Assembly (NCBI GenBank): GCA_951406725.2
Contig: OX597819.1
Span: 115,444,001 to 115,508,000, forward strand
Length of the DNA stretch: 64,000 bases
DNA from: Octopus vulgaris
Taxonomy: Eukaryota
Direction of reading: 5' to 3'
Position numbers and translations under genes: made by a program. A model generated the notes under the pieces. The model had not been told where the DNA came from. It did not search any database and worked only from the letters and a program-made list of their open reading frames with translations. Of the stretch, positions 50,841-63,608 are shown in pieces. Position 1 is the first letter of the stretch. The number at the start of each line of letters is the position of its first letter.

Positions 50841-52254
50841 ATGCACACTGAGCATGTACGCATGCACACCAGTGTGCGTGCACACATGCATGCGCGAGCA
50901 CATTTGCATGCACATGCACGCGTCTGCAAGTATACATGCGCAAAACAAGCGTTGGAGATTGGTAATCTTTGAGAATTGGTAAGCGTTGGAGATTGGTAAA
51001 CGGATGTCCTGTTCATGGGGTTGGTTGGTAGCAGTGACCTTGGTGCAGGTGGTGCAGTGTAGCAGCTGGTGCTAAGGTGCATATCCGGGTTGTTGGCAGT
51101 CAGAGGATTGAAATTTGTTTTTGAAGAAATTAAACTAAAGGAGTTACGATACTCTTTTAAATTTCAGTTAGTCAGATGCGGCCAGATTTAACACGTTCAC
51201 TCATCATTTAAAAAAATAATGCTGATTTATTATTTTGTGTGAATAATAAACAAGTTACGCAACTTTTTATTAATGAAGGTAAAATGAAACAAAGGAACTT
51301 ATAGAGATAGAATTTCTTCATAAAATTCTCTTTTGTCAGTGTCTTATCAAAGTTCCTTTGTTTCATTTTACATAAGTATGCTAAGGTAAGAGACAATCAA
51401 CCATCATTTATATATATTGTTGACCTCAAGTTGTAGTTTGCGAATGTCAAACAACTAGAAATGTTACAGCAAGCAGTACTTGGATGTACCAAAGTAATTA
51501 ATATGATATTTAGATTAGAGAAATGTTTCAAAAGGAAAACTCATTAAGGATACTGATATTGTGCTAGATAATGAAACTGAGATAGGATATAGAATTAATT
51601 AAGAATTAAGGACACAATGTACAGCACACAACTAAGGAAAGTTAAGATAAGGAAGGAATATTGATTTCAAATTTTGGTACAAGGCCAGCAATTTCGGGCG
51701 AGGAGGTAAATCGATTACATCGACCCCAGTGTTCAACTGGTATTTATTTTATTGACCCTGGAAGGATGAAAGGCAAAGTCGGAATTTGAACTCAGTACGT
51801 AAAGGCGGACGAAATACCGCTAAGCATTTTGGCCTGCGTGATAACGATTCTGCTAGCTCACCGCCTAAGATAAGGAAGGAGTATTAAAGACATTATATTA
51901 ATGCTTAAAACAGAGCTAAATAAAGTGATATACATCACTACTCCAGTTGTTCTAGTAATGAGTTTAAGTTATGATATTTTTGATTGGACGCTAAATGAAC
52001 TTGCGACACTAGACAGAAAAAAATGAGAAAAATAATCCTTTCTGCTATAGGCACAAGGCCTGACATTTTGAAGGAGGGAGATAGTCTATTACATCGACCC
52101 CAGTGCGTAACTGGTACTTATTTCATCGACCCCGAAAGGATGAAAGGCAAAGTCGACCTCGGCGGAATTTGAACTCAGAACGTAAAGACTTACGAAATGC
52201 CGCTAAGCATTTTGCCCGGCGTGAGGGCAGACGAGAAAAATAATGATTGCATTT

Positions 52255-52505
52255 AGTCTACACTGATGTTGATAGCCTGTCGCATGAGTCCGTGCAGGCA
52301 ATCCTAACGTCTGAATCGAACAAGCAGCGTACCCCTGTCAAGTTTGTCCCCCGCCTGCTGGACCACTGAGCAGAAAAAATATCGCGTCGAAATCTGTCAA
52401 GATCTCCGTCAGCGTACCGCTGATGACCCGTCCTTCATGTCGAGAATCATCACCAGTGACGTTTACGGGGACGACTCTGAGACGAAGCATCAGTCGCCAC
52501 AATGG
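52255..52505 (+). mobile_element. Second fragment of the same mariner family, opposite orientation
   Basis: Reverse-complement match to about 53740-53975 (KFVPRLL..EICQDL..DDPSFMSRIIT). Confidence 0.8.
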
Positions 52506-52559
52506 AAGAAAATATTTACCGTGAATGGTAGAGATCTAACGCGATCAGAAAACTATTAT

Positions 52560-53325
52560 AAAATATCCACTGTAGGACTATAAAAGTATCTTGTTTAAAA
52601 ATTATTGAAAATTTGTATCAACGACTACAAATCGCATACAAAAGAAAAAGAGCTCTCTGTTTTCTGTGAAGGAAGCTACAAAATAGAGTTAAAAAAAAGA
52701 TACCGCAATGGCCGATAGATATGGAGAAAAAAAGAAAATCAATAATTGCTAAAATGTTAAAATCTAAGCTAAAAATGGAGCCTTGATGAAACGATGACCA
52801 TCAAGTCGGCCAATAGCTGAAAATCCCCCCAAATAAAGAAAAGAACAAGCAAAAATAAACAAAAAATGAATATAGAGGAAGTAGATAAAACCAATTTGCA
52901 ACAGCGATAGAGAGGCACAGGACTCAGAACAGAAACTTGAAGGGTTCTTCATTACAACTTAAGAGCAAAACTCAAAACAGAAACCATAAAAAAAAAAACA
53001 TAATGCAGCAAAATAATGTAACTATAGAATCCGTGGCGTTGAGGAAGAAACAACCATATTGTATTTTGCTGCCCAGGGTAAACTAAGAAAGAATATACTC
53101 ACAGACATGACAGAGCTAGGACTTAAATACTCTGGAAGTTATGCATTATAGATACCAGTAGAAAAGAGGTAGCATAAACAGATATCGCAAAAAGTCGGAG
53201 AATGAGAATGCCACTATACTCTGGGATATGCCAATATGCATACACAAAAAGAAAATAATCAAGATCAAACTACCTGATATTGCTCAAGGGCCACAAGGAA
53301 AACTATGCTTTCTAATCCGTAAGTT
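52560..53325 (+). mobile_element. Decayed R4/Dong-like (restriction-like endonuclease) LINE 3' fragment
   Basis: Broken frames give ET..HIV.CCP..KEYTHRHD and ENENATILWDMPI..PDI motifs. Confidence 0.6.
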
Positions 53326-54350
53326 TGTCGAAAACCTTCTGCGATTCGCTCTGAATCTCGGCAACAGTGTTAAAACGGCGACCTTTGAGCTGCATTTTCA
53401 TCTTGGGAAAGAAACGGAAGTCTGCAGGTGCTAAATCTGGCGAATAGGGCGGGTCCGAAGTGATACCATGAATGGGGAGAGCTCGGTGTACTGATGTTGC
53501 AACGAATCCTATTCTTCATGCTCCAGAGATCCGACTGTTTTCACCGAATGTCCTCCCTCAAACGCTTTAAAACGTCGTGGTGGAATTCTCAATTGACAGT
53601 CTAGCTCTGGAGGATGAATTCTCGATGCACAATAACATGATGTCAAAAAAAGAAAAAGCCAAAAAAAAAACTATTAGCATGCTCTTGATTGAGCTGCGGC
53701 TCTGTCGTGCTGTCTTTGGTCGAAGAGATGAAGACCTCATCGTCTCAGAATCGTCTCCGTAAACCCAACTCTCGTCACCAGTAATGATTCCCGACATGAA
53801 GGATGGGTCATCAGCGGCACGCTGACAGAGATCTTGACAGATTTCGATGCGATGTTCGTTCTGCTCAGTGGGTTAGCAGGCGGGGGACAAACTTGTCACA
53901 GGCACGCCGCATGTTCAATTCAGACGTTAGGATTTCCTGCACGGACCCGTACAACAGACTATCAACATCAGCAATGTCGTTGATTGTCCTCCTATGCGCA
54001 AGTTGATGAATTTTTTCCCACATTTCCGGGGTTGCCGCTCGTGGTGGGTCTTCCAGATCGCTCATCGTCTTCCAGGGACGTTCTTCTGCGTTTGAAGCAG
54101 CTGTGCCTCTCGAAACATTGCCTACGATACAATGCCTCGTCGCCGTAAGCTTGCCGAAGCATGCTCAATGTCTCTGTAACAGACTTCTCAAGTTTAACGC
54201 AAAATTTTATGGTGGACCTTTGTTCCAACTTCCTGTCCATGACAAAATCGCAGACTACAGCAAAAACGTGATCAGAAAGACAGAAATTCCATAAGTTGTG
54301 AAGTAAAAACAGCGATGTCACTCGGCACACCGTTTCATGAGGGTCACTAC
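53320..54350 (-). mobile_element. Mariner transposase pseudogene (Mos1/SETMAR-like)
   Basis: EQRSTIKFCVKL..QAYGDEAL..LEDDERSGRP; KFVPRLLT; IITGDESWVY; PPYSPDLAPADF; frameshifted. Confidence 0.9.
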
Positions 54351-54768
54351 TAGCTCTTACTGCCCATTTATATTAATGAATCGAGTGTGCTATCAATAAA
54401 CATCTTCTAAAAAGTGGTGTTCTCCGAAGACGAAATACAACAGTGATTGACGTATTCACTTTCGAATCCACTGAAACGTATTGAAAGTGAATTTATACGT
54501 TCAATATCTAAATGTAAAGAAGTGGAAATAGAAAAAAGCTATATGAGAGCTGGACATATAAAAATCCCTATACTTCCCTTAAAAACCGTACACATCTTGC
54601 GTAGAGAACTGTCAATAGTGTAAAAATAACAAAATGCAAACAAGACACATCGCAAACTCAAGGCACAAACACCTACTCTCGGCAGTGCAGTGAAAACACA
54701 CACAAAAGAAAAATAATAATAATAAAACTAGTGAAAATGATAATAATATAGCGAGTTTATACTCCTGG

Positions 54769-55189
54769 AGGCGCAGGAGTGGCTGTGTGGTAAGTAGCTT
54801 GTTTACCAACCACATGGTTCCGGGTTCAGTCCCACTGCGTGGCACCTTGGGCAAGTGTCATCTACTATAGCCTCGGGCCGACCAAAGCCTTGTGAGTGGA
54901 TTTGGTAGACGGAAACTGAAAAAAGCCCGTCATATATATGTATATATATATATGCGTGTGTGTGTTTGTGTGTCTGTGTTTGTCCCCCCAGCATCTCTTG
55001 ACAACCGATGCTGGTGTGTTTATGTCCCCGTTACTTAGCGGTTCGGCAAAAGACAACCGATAGAATAAGTACTGGGCTTACAAAAGAATAAGTCCCGGGG
55101 TCGAGTTGCTCGATTAAAGGCGGTGCTCCAGCATGGCCGCAGTCAAATGACTGAAACAAGTAAAAGAGTAAAGAGAGAGAGAAAGAGAG
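54769..55189 (+). mobile_element. tRNA-derived SINE family A, full-length young copy
   Basis: ggcgcaggagtggctgtgtggtaag (A box)..gggttcagtccc (B box)..(AT/GT)n..gtaaaagag tail; 19-bp TSD taatatagcgagtttatac (54744-54762 / 55190-55208). Other copies about 2415-2810(-), 7938-8312(+), 8876-9254(-), 11834-12233(-), 21974-22800(+, interrupted), 28510-28918(-), 30511-30890(+), 57875-58236(-), 60730-61160(+). Confidence 0.9.
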
Positions 55190-55547
55190 TAATATAGCGA
55201 GTTTATACACAAAACTTCATTTTAAAACCATTGTTTCCCAATATTAGGATCCGTAGTTAAACTTTTGTTGCTCATGTATTGAACAATTTTAGCCTCTGCT
55301 CTACTTACATAAGCATAGAAAGCAACTACTGGTCCAGATCACGTTTCATATCTTCACTTTGTTAAAGGTACCATGCGTAAATGGTACAAATTGCACGTAA
55401 TTAATAGATAAGGATGGTGTGAGAAAGGCCTGAGATGAGACAGGAACAGCAGAGTGGCAGAGAGAATGGAGAGAGTGTGAGGGTGAGAAGTGGAAAATTG
55501 GGGCAAAGAATGGATCGTAGTTAGGTTGAATTATTTATTGCCCTTTA

Positions 55548-55931
55548 CACATACATACGTACATACATACATGCATAAATACATACATACATATATACAT
55601 ACATACATACATACATACATACATACATACATACGAACACACACACATACGTACATACATACATACATACACACACATACATATATACATACATACATAC
55701 ATACATACATACATACATACATGCATACATACATACAAACTCATACACATACATATATACATACATACATACATACATACAAACACACACATACATACAT
55801 ACATATACATATACATACATGCACACATACGTACATAGAAACACATGCAACACAGGCATTTAGACCTTTTAAGCTTTGTTAAAATACACACTTATACGTA
55901 CAACCGTTTACGCACACACACATACACATAG

Positions 55932-55967
<36 letters not shown>

Positions 55968-56021
55968 GCACACACACACACCACACACACTCACACAGAC
56001 ACACACACATACACACACACA
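55548..56021. repeat. (TACA)n and (CA)n microsatellite block
   Basis: Seen directly; produces the spurious HTYI/MYVC ORFs. Confidence 0.95.
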
Positions 56022-56202
56022 CGGACGTAAGCAAATACGTCGATGTCGCTGTGCTTGTGATAATAATATATCAGAGAGACATAGCCATATATAGAAAGAA
56101 ATCCGTCATCGCTGGTATAAAAACGAATTTACTGAAACTGCCCTGTCAGTACATTTCATACACTTTTTAGGCATCATTTGTCCCACTATATCACCAGTGA
56201 AA

Positions 56203-56307
56203 ATGTCAATGTCTTTAAAGAAATTTATGTTCTCCATAAATCTTGTATCTTTGGGATTTTTCTTGCTGATATCGTTTCAATGTATAGTCACGTTGGCAGA
56301 AGCTAAG
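56203..56307 (+). CDS. iGluR-like gene, putative first coding exon (signal peptide)
   Basis: MSMSLKKFMFSINLVSLGFFLLISFQCIVTLAEAK: basic n-region, hydrophobic core, A-E-A cleavage motif; AAG|gtaggt phase-0 donor; upstream ttttag acceptor at 56170 suggests a 5' UTR exon. Confidence 0.68.
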
Positions 56308-56707
56308 GTAGGTTGATTCTAAGTTCATATATTACATTTCAAATATATAGATAAAACAATTTTTCTCACTCCATAATACTCTATTAACCTTCATCCCCCA
56401 CCCCAGCATTCCATGAGGATATTACATTTTTTTGTCAGTCTTTATATCTTAATTTCAGTTTGTAAGATGGAGCCTTTTCTCAGAATATAGTTCCCCTAAA
56501 ATTAGGTGTTTTAAAATTCCTTCATCATACTAGCTACGTCACTTGTTCACTTCATTTTGCTACATCGTAAGAGAACTCCTAAGTTCACAAAATTCGCTAA
56601 GTCTAAAATCTCAACACCACTCCGATTGTCTCAACAAGACATATACAAAATTTGTTAAAGAAACTTTCCAGATACTCTTAAAGCCAGGAACTTTTCAGCA
56701 TCCCCCC

Positions 56708-56759
<52 letters not shown>

Positions 56760-56831
56760 CATATTACTCTACCTCTGGTATTTGAGTACTCTTTTTTTCC
56801 ACCTTGTTTCTCATTTATGTGTTTACTCCGG

Positions 56832-56900
<69 letters not shown>

Positions 56901-57105
56901 ATATTGAGAACGGGAGAAGAGCAGTTAAAAAACCCCAACTCCATGCGTATTGAATGGCCTTTTTTAAAAAATTAAAACAAGGGGGTACGAAAATGATGTA
57001 AGGCGAGCGAGATAAATGAAGTCTATTTTAAGGTTAGCGTGGCTAATACAAAACTAGTTTCACGTCCAACTATGAACGAAGACGCATGGCTTCTCTCTCT
57101 TTTAC

Positions 57106-57155
<50 letters not shown>

Positions 57156-59269
57156 ACATGCATGTGTGCACAGATATGAATATGTATGTGTGTATGTGCG
57201 TAAGTTATATATAGGAATCCACTTCGACACCGAAGTGTTGCGTTCTTGAAAAGATTGTTGTGATGCGAAATTCCGTAGCGCAAGAGTCTTTCCCACCCCT
57301 AATTTGCGTAATATATATATCATAGTGCATTGTGACAATTTCCCTTCCCCACAAAATGTCAAGTAAAAAATAATAAGAGAAGTAATACAAGCATATTCGC
57401 CCTTGAAAATATCAAATAACAGGCAACGGTCATATAAACATTTGAAGAAAATTGCATTCCGGAATAAATAAGATTACAGTGATGTAGGAAAAGTATTTAC
57501 CACAGAAGAAGTTGGTTACTGGGTTGTCAAAAACATTAAGGCAACTGGCAAAAGTAATTGATGTGGAAGTTAAACCTACAGTAAGAGACTTTTGGTAAAA
57601 AATATTAAAAAATATAGGCGCCCTGAGAAATATAATAGTGTCACAGGTTAGAGTTAAACTCTCGTTTGTTTACATGATATGTATTATAGCATCAATCAGT
57701 CACTGAAATTTGAAACAGCTGTAAAGATCTATCTTTATGTGGTCATATTGAATCCGTGACGAAGGGTTTCCACCAGTAGAAAGCCTGCTTCATATTGGCA
57801 AATGGTGTAGATTGAATTGTTAGTGTCGCATAAAGGAATTTCATCAAATAAGGAAGTGAAGTTGTAAGAAGAAGCTTTTACTTGTTTCCGTCATTTGACT
57901 GCGGCCATGCTGGAGCACCGCCTTTAATCGAGCAACTCGACCCCGGGACTTATTCTTTGTAAGCCCAGTACTTATTCTATCGGTCTCTTTTGCCGAAACG
58001 CTAAGTGATGGGGACGTAAACACACCAGCATCGGCTGTCAAGCAATGCTAGGGGGACAAACACAGACACACATACATACACGCACACACATATACGACTA
58101 CCAAATCCACTCACAAGGCTTTGGTCGGCCCGAGGCTATAGCAGAAGACACTTACCCAAGGTGCCACGCAGTGGGACTGAACCCGCACCATGTGGTTGGT
58201 AAACCAGCTACTTACCACACAGCCACTCCTGCGCCTCATTAATTTTGTCATTATTTTCGTATATTGTTACCACTGTAAAAGTTACTAAGTTTTGATACTC
58301 TTAGCAATATTGTTAAATTCTTTCTGCGTGTTAAGCCTTTGTGAAGCATGAATTCTGACATCTAACGTAATTCGTTTGCAATTCCATTATTCTTCATTTT
58401 CACTTGATTTCCTTTTTCCAGTCATCGAGATTAGGAGTAATCAAGGTACCAGATGTATTTGATGGAAATTCTAGCTGTGATTGCCGTAGACAAGAACATT
58501 CTATAGAAAGTAAAACGGTAGAATCCATAAAAAACAATGTTCTTTGCCTACAAAAAATAGTGGTCTCATTACTTCGGATGTCAGAATGGAAACGAGGAAA
58601 TAAAAGGTAGAAAAGTGATGTCAAAGGATGATAAGATGTGGAATGAAGAACCGTATGATTAAAGTTAGTTGCTACGTTTCTGTCAGTTGAACTGCTGCAT
58701 GCATAAACAAAGTAGAAACCGAAGAGGGAATGAATGTCGAAAATATGGAAAAGCAAGGTCAGTTGACTTGAAGCAAGGACAATAGAAGGTTGGGGTGAAG
58801 TGGGTGAGAGGGTGGAAAAGAATGTTGCGCAGTTGTAGCAATAACTGAAATCACACCTTACAGTCCTAAAAAATGAAAGATATTTTAGATTGTGTAGTTT
58901 TAGATACACTAAATTTAGGAAAGAGACGGGATAGAGCAAATGGAAAAATTTTGAGTATAATTTTGCTGGATCTTTCTTCTACATAACGGTAACATTAAAA
59001 AGGGGATGAAATAGGTACCAACAGCAGCAGTAGCAGCAACAGCAGCAGCAACAACAACAATAACAAGGTAGATACAACTTCAATAAAAGTGATGTTACAT
59101 GTTAAATTGTCGCTTCCATGTCTGACAAGCAGTATAACTTCAATTCCGTAACCAAGGCAACACAAAACCTCCAAGACCAGTTTTCAGAATATGTATGTTT
59201 GTTGTCAGTTATCTAATATTTCAAAATTTAATATTTTTGTGAAATATTTTATGAGATAATTATGAAGCA

Positions 59270-59433
59270 ATATTAATAGTTATCGCCAAGCTAACATGGC
59301 AGTCCATTATAATGGACATAGGTTCGTGTGTCACATAGCCAGCTAGATGCGATGGCCTCTTGAAGCTAATCAACCGCAGCATTCGTCCTATATTTCTGGA
59401 GTGTCATATTAGCTTGGCGATAACTATTAATAT
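59270..59433. mobile_element. Small MITE / inverted repeat
   Basis: atattaatagttatcgccaagctaa ... ttagcttggcgataactattaatat. Confidence 0.75.
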
Positions 59434-59521
59434 CCAGTACCGCTGCCGTACTCTCCTTTAGAGAGACTTAGAAATATTAATATTTCTATTTATGAAGCAA
59501 TGATTTCTTTTTATTTTCTAG

Positions 59522-59560
59522 AATCCCGCGAAAAAGGTTATCAAGGTTTCTACGTTCCAA
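59522..59560 (+). CDS. iGluR-like gene, 39-nt exon (start of S1)
   Basis: Pyrimidine tract + tag; NPAKKVIKVSTFQ resembles the first S1 strand (KTVVVTT/LRVTT); gtaagt donor; phase 0->0. Confidence 0.75.
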
Positions 59561-60894
59561 GTAAGTGTTTTTTATTGTCTCTTGTCCGGGTTCTAAAAGA
59601 ATTTATAATTTCTGATGAATCGCCTACCTAATTAAGAATATTATCTCTATTCATACTGACGTCTATTAATACTCAAATTAATATAAAATGTTTGTTATTT
59701 ACATCAGAAGCTTTTGATAAATATCTGAAACCAATATAAAAGTCTTTCATTCTATAAGATTTATACGAAGCAGAAAACTTAGTGACTTAATAAATCTTAA
59801 AGACGAATACATCTGGCTGGAGATGGTTGATTATTATTGTTGCTGTTTATTTCCAGGTCAACCCTGATCAAGCGGACCTTGGATCGAAGGCATTCTAACC
59901 CTGATCATCCAGATTTTTCTCTAATATCTTATATATAGGGAGTACCTTGTCTAATACTTCCTCTTATCAAGACGGTATAATATGATATGAAGATTTCATA
60001 GTTATTTCTAATAGATCGGGCGAACGAGGTGTGAATCCCTTGTTAGCAACCGACATTCATGGCCTGGAAGTGAAAGGTTTATAAAATCGTAGAAACAGAA
60101 GCAGCTTTTCAAATATAAGCCATCTCAATTATTACTTGTATTAAGGACGATATAAAGTAGCAAGATTATAGTACTATCTGCACTAAAGTATTTAGCTTTA
60201 TTCATATTACTTCCTAGTATAAAATCTGTCTGAATCATTGTAATAAATTGTATGCTAATTACTTTTACTCATTAACAACTTTTCTGGTATCTAAATCGGA
60301 AACCATTATAATTTTAACAAAGAGAGAGTGAGAGAGGAGAAATGAACGACTTACGTATTCTGCTCTGCATGAGAAAAGAAGGGTTGCTGTCAACGTACTT
60401 AAAATAGTGAACTAAAATACTTCATTTAAAATGTTTATATGTCTGTTATCAAGGGCTTGATAAATACTGATAAAAAATATAGCGAGAAGGCCTAATAAGA
60501 CAGAAGCATGTCTAGGTTGTTACCATACTTCATATCTACAGCTTGCCCTCTGGTTAAATTTCTAATTCAATATAATTTAATATAAATACCAGAATTTGAA
60601 ATTAAACTAATACATAATTTGAAAATAATTTTCAATCATTATCTTTAATGCAGTGTGCGGCACAGAGCGTTTAACTTCGAATCAGAAGGTTGCGTTTTCG
60701 CGTCTCGGCGTGGTTGATTATCTTTTATGGGTTTGGGCATGCCCTTGCGGTAAGAAGCTCGCTTCTCAACGAAATGGTTCTGGGTTCAATCCTACTGCGT
60801 GGTGTCTTGGGCAATTGTTGTCTACTGAAGCCCGAGACTGATGAAAGACTTATGAGTGGATTTGGTAGGTGGAAACCGAAAGGAACCTGCCTTA

Positions 60895-60976
<82 letters not shown>

Positions 60977-61429
60977 AGTGTGTGTCTGGCTTTGTGTCTG
61001 TGTTTGTACCCCTCCCGCGCTTGACAACCGGTGTTGGTTTCTTTACATCTCCGTGACTTAACAGTTTGGAAAAAAGAGACTGATAGGTTAAGCACCAAAC
61101 TTATTCTATTCTTTCAAATAAAAACCCTTCAGGACGGTGTCCAATAATTAAAACAAGTAAGTATGACGCTTATGAATTTAAGTAATAATGGCGCCTTCAT
61201 GCTGCTAATGTTTCGTTATAATTTTCAGTTACCAATAGGGTTTAAATCAATGCACACTGTGAGTTTGTTAATGAAACGTTTACCAAGACTATAAATCTGA
61301 AGCTATCTGCTGCTTTCTATACATTATCACCCATGTAACTGACAAATTAGGTGACGGTTACATAGTTCTGTGTCTTTTTACTCGACAGCTTTATATCCTT
61401 GCTTAATGGGTTGTTTTTGTTTTCTCTAG

Positions 61430-61621
61430 ATACACCCCTTTTACATGGAAGAAAAGCATGAAAGCGGAAGAGAACAGCATGGCTACATAGTTGACATGTT
61501 AGCTGAGATGGCTCCATTAATGAATGTGACCTTTGAGATAAACTTAGTGAAAGACGGACACTTTGGACAAATTCGTGAAGATGGAAACTGGACCGGAATG
61601 ATTGGAGAAGTTATATCAGGG
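61430..61621 (+). CDS. iGluR-like gene, S1 ligand-binding exon
   Basis: IHPFYM..GYIVDMLAEMA..FEINLVKDGHFG..GNWTGMIGEVISG is a classic non-NMDA S1; tag/gtaagg. Confidence 0.93.
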
Positions 61622-61749
61622 GTAAGGCGACTTGAAACTACTTTGAAAATATATCCTTATCAACTGAGAAAGATATTGATAAACACGATAAAGCTCTGAA
61701 GCTAATCTCTCTAGCGTATATATATAACCTCTCTCTACTCCTTTAAAAA

Positions 61750-62435
61750 AAAAACCCGCTTCTCTAGCCACGCCTCTTTTCTCAGCCGCTGCTTACATCA
61801 CCGCCTCATCCCTAAATGTTTCCGCCTCCATTTCCACCCCGCTCTCCACTCTGCTTCATCCATCCTACCCATACACCATACCACATCTTACCGCCTTATG
61901 TGTGCCACCATTCGCTCCAATCTCTCTAAAATACATACCATCGACCGCCTTCTCCTTCCTGCTTTTTCCATCTTTTTCTCCTCTCTGCCGCCCTTCCATG
62001 CTCACAACATGTTGCGCTATATAATTAATTTACATCATCTCTTTCATCAATTTCTTGCCAACACCAAACTTCGTAAACTCCACTCACTCCTCCATTCCAT
62101 CACACCCGACGCCACTACCCCAACTCCTCCACTACCCTTCTCCCCCCTGATAGGCTCCACCCACCCACACCTAACTCTACCTTCCCTCCAAACAACCCCC
62201 CACACATCCTCACCCCCTCTCCCCAGACTTCCACCAGCCCTGACGCCATGATAGATCGTTAGCTACTACACACATTTTTTTTCTCTCCTTGTTTTTTCTG
62301 TGTACCTTTCTGTAGAAGAGCGTAGGCTCGAAACGTAAAATACTTTTTCTATTCCTGAGCGCTATACTAATACATCTATTTGTTTGTACACCACCTGCTT
62401 TCGTCTTTGTTTATTTTCGAAAACTTTCCCTTTAT
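61750..62435 (+). mobile_element. Penelope-like element remnant (C-rich segment + pLTR-like end)
   Basis: C-rich low-complexity segment followed by ctgtagaagagcgtaggctcgaaacg hammerhead-like motif and T-rich end. Confidence 0.5.
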
Positions 62436-63608
62436 ATATATAAATGAGTAACAGTAGAGGTACAGGTCTAAATCCATTAAGGTCGTTTTTAACGATTCCT
62501 TTAATTGATTAATGAAAACATTACATCATTATAAAGAAACTGTTTTGGCTGCTGAATTCATGAACTTCAAAATTATGGACATTCAAAATGATTTAACACA
62601 GTTTAAAATCCACGGAGCAAAACGTTGTCAGTGATCCTGCTTCTATTTCAGTAGACAGAATCTAATTGTCTTCATTCACTGCATGAATATCATTCGGCCG
62701 GTAAAATATATTTTGTTGAGATTAACGGTTCAACATGACGAAATAGCCAGAAGAAAGAGGCTGAATGAAAGTGGGATAATGACAATGACCCGGTCAAACG
62801 AATGTATTCTCTTGCACGCGTGTGTATGTGAGAGTGGTTTGTGTGAGTGTGTATGCATGAATGGGGGCGAGTGTGTGAGTATGTATGTGTGGGTGAGCTG
62901 AAATATATATATTAATAAATAAAATAAAACATATGCATATATATAAACATATATGTACGTACCTACTTCTACATGTACATATACACGCATATATGAGTAC
63001 AGGACACCAAAAGGACGTCGAACACAATGAGAAACGAAAACATAGACACAAACCAAAGGAACTGGACATTTTTTAAAAACAACAAAAAAATAGAGTACAG
63101 GACAATTAACACAAAGAAAAAACCCCTTCTTCAGTCGCTATGGTTTCATCTACTCTACGTTTCGAAGGATAAAAGCGAGACTTATCTTCGACAAGAAACT
63201 TTCCTTCCTGCGAAAAGCAAATCAATTAAAATTCTTGGATTTGAGATGCAAGATTCCTGATGTGAAATCGTGTGTTGAAACAGATATTGTTGTATGGCCA
63301 TATTTTTTTGGTCAAATAAACACACGCACTTTATATTTGTCATTCACTCGTTTATCACCGTTCTTATTCTAACTCATGTCCATTGTTCGGAAATCTTTCG
63401 TCACACATCTGTGACCTCTTCAGTGACACTTTCCGTCTCCGTGTGTTCTCTTCTTTCACTTATCTTGTGCGATTTCGGTTTCAAATACAAGAAACTGTAC
63501 TCATTCTTATTTTCTTAAAATTAATAACCTCTAACGTCCTCTTTGAAGTTAGAACAAACGATATTGGTCTAGTTTCCATTCTAAAGGAAGTAATTATTTC
63601 ATTTTCAG

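Noticed and set aside
55490-56094. Long HTYI/MYVC ORFs
   Set aside because: Translations of (TACA)n/(CA)n microsatellites.
58400-58939. 179-aa minus-strand ORF in an iGluR intron
   Set aside because: No recognisable domain or splice context; probably a decayed LINE fragment. The plus strand is not ATD-like either.
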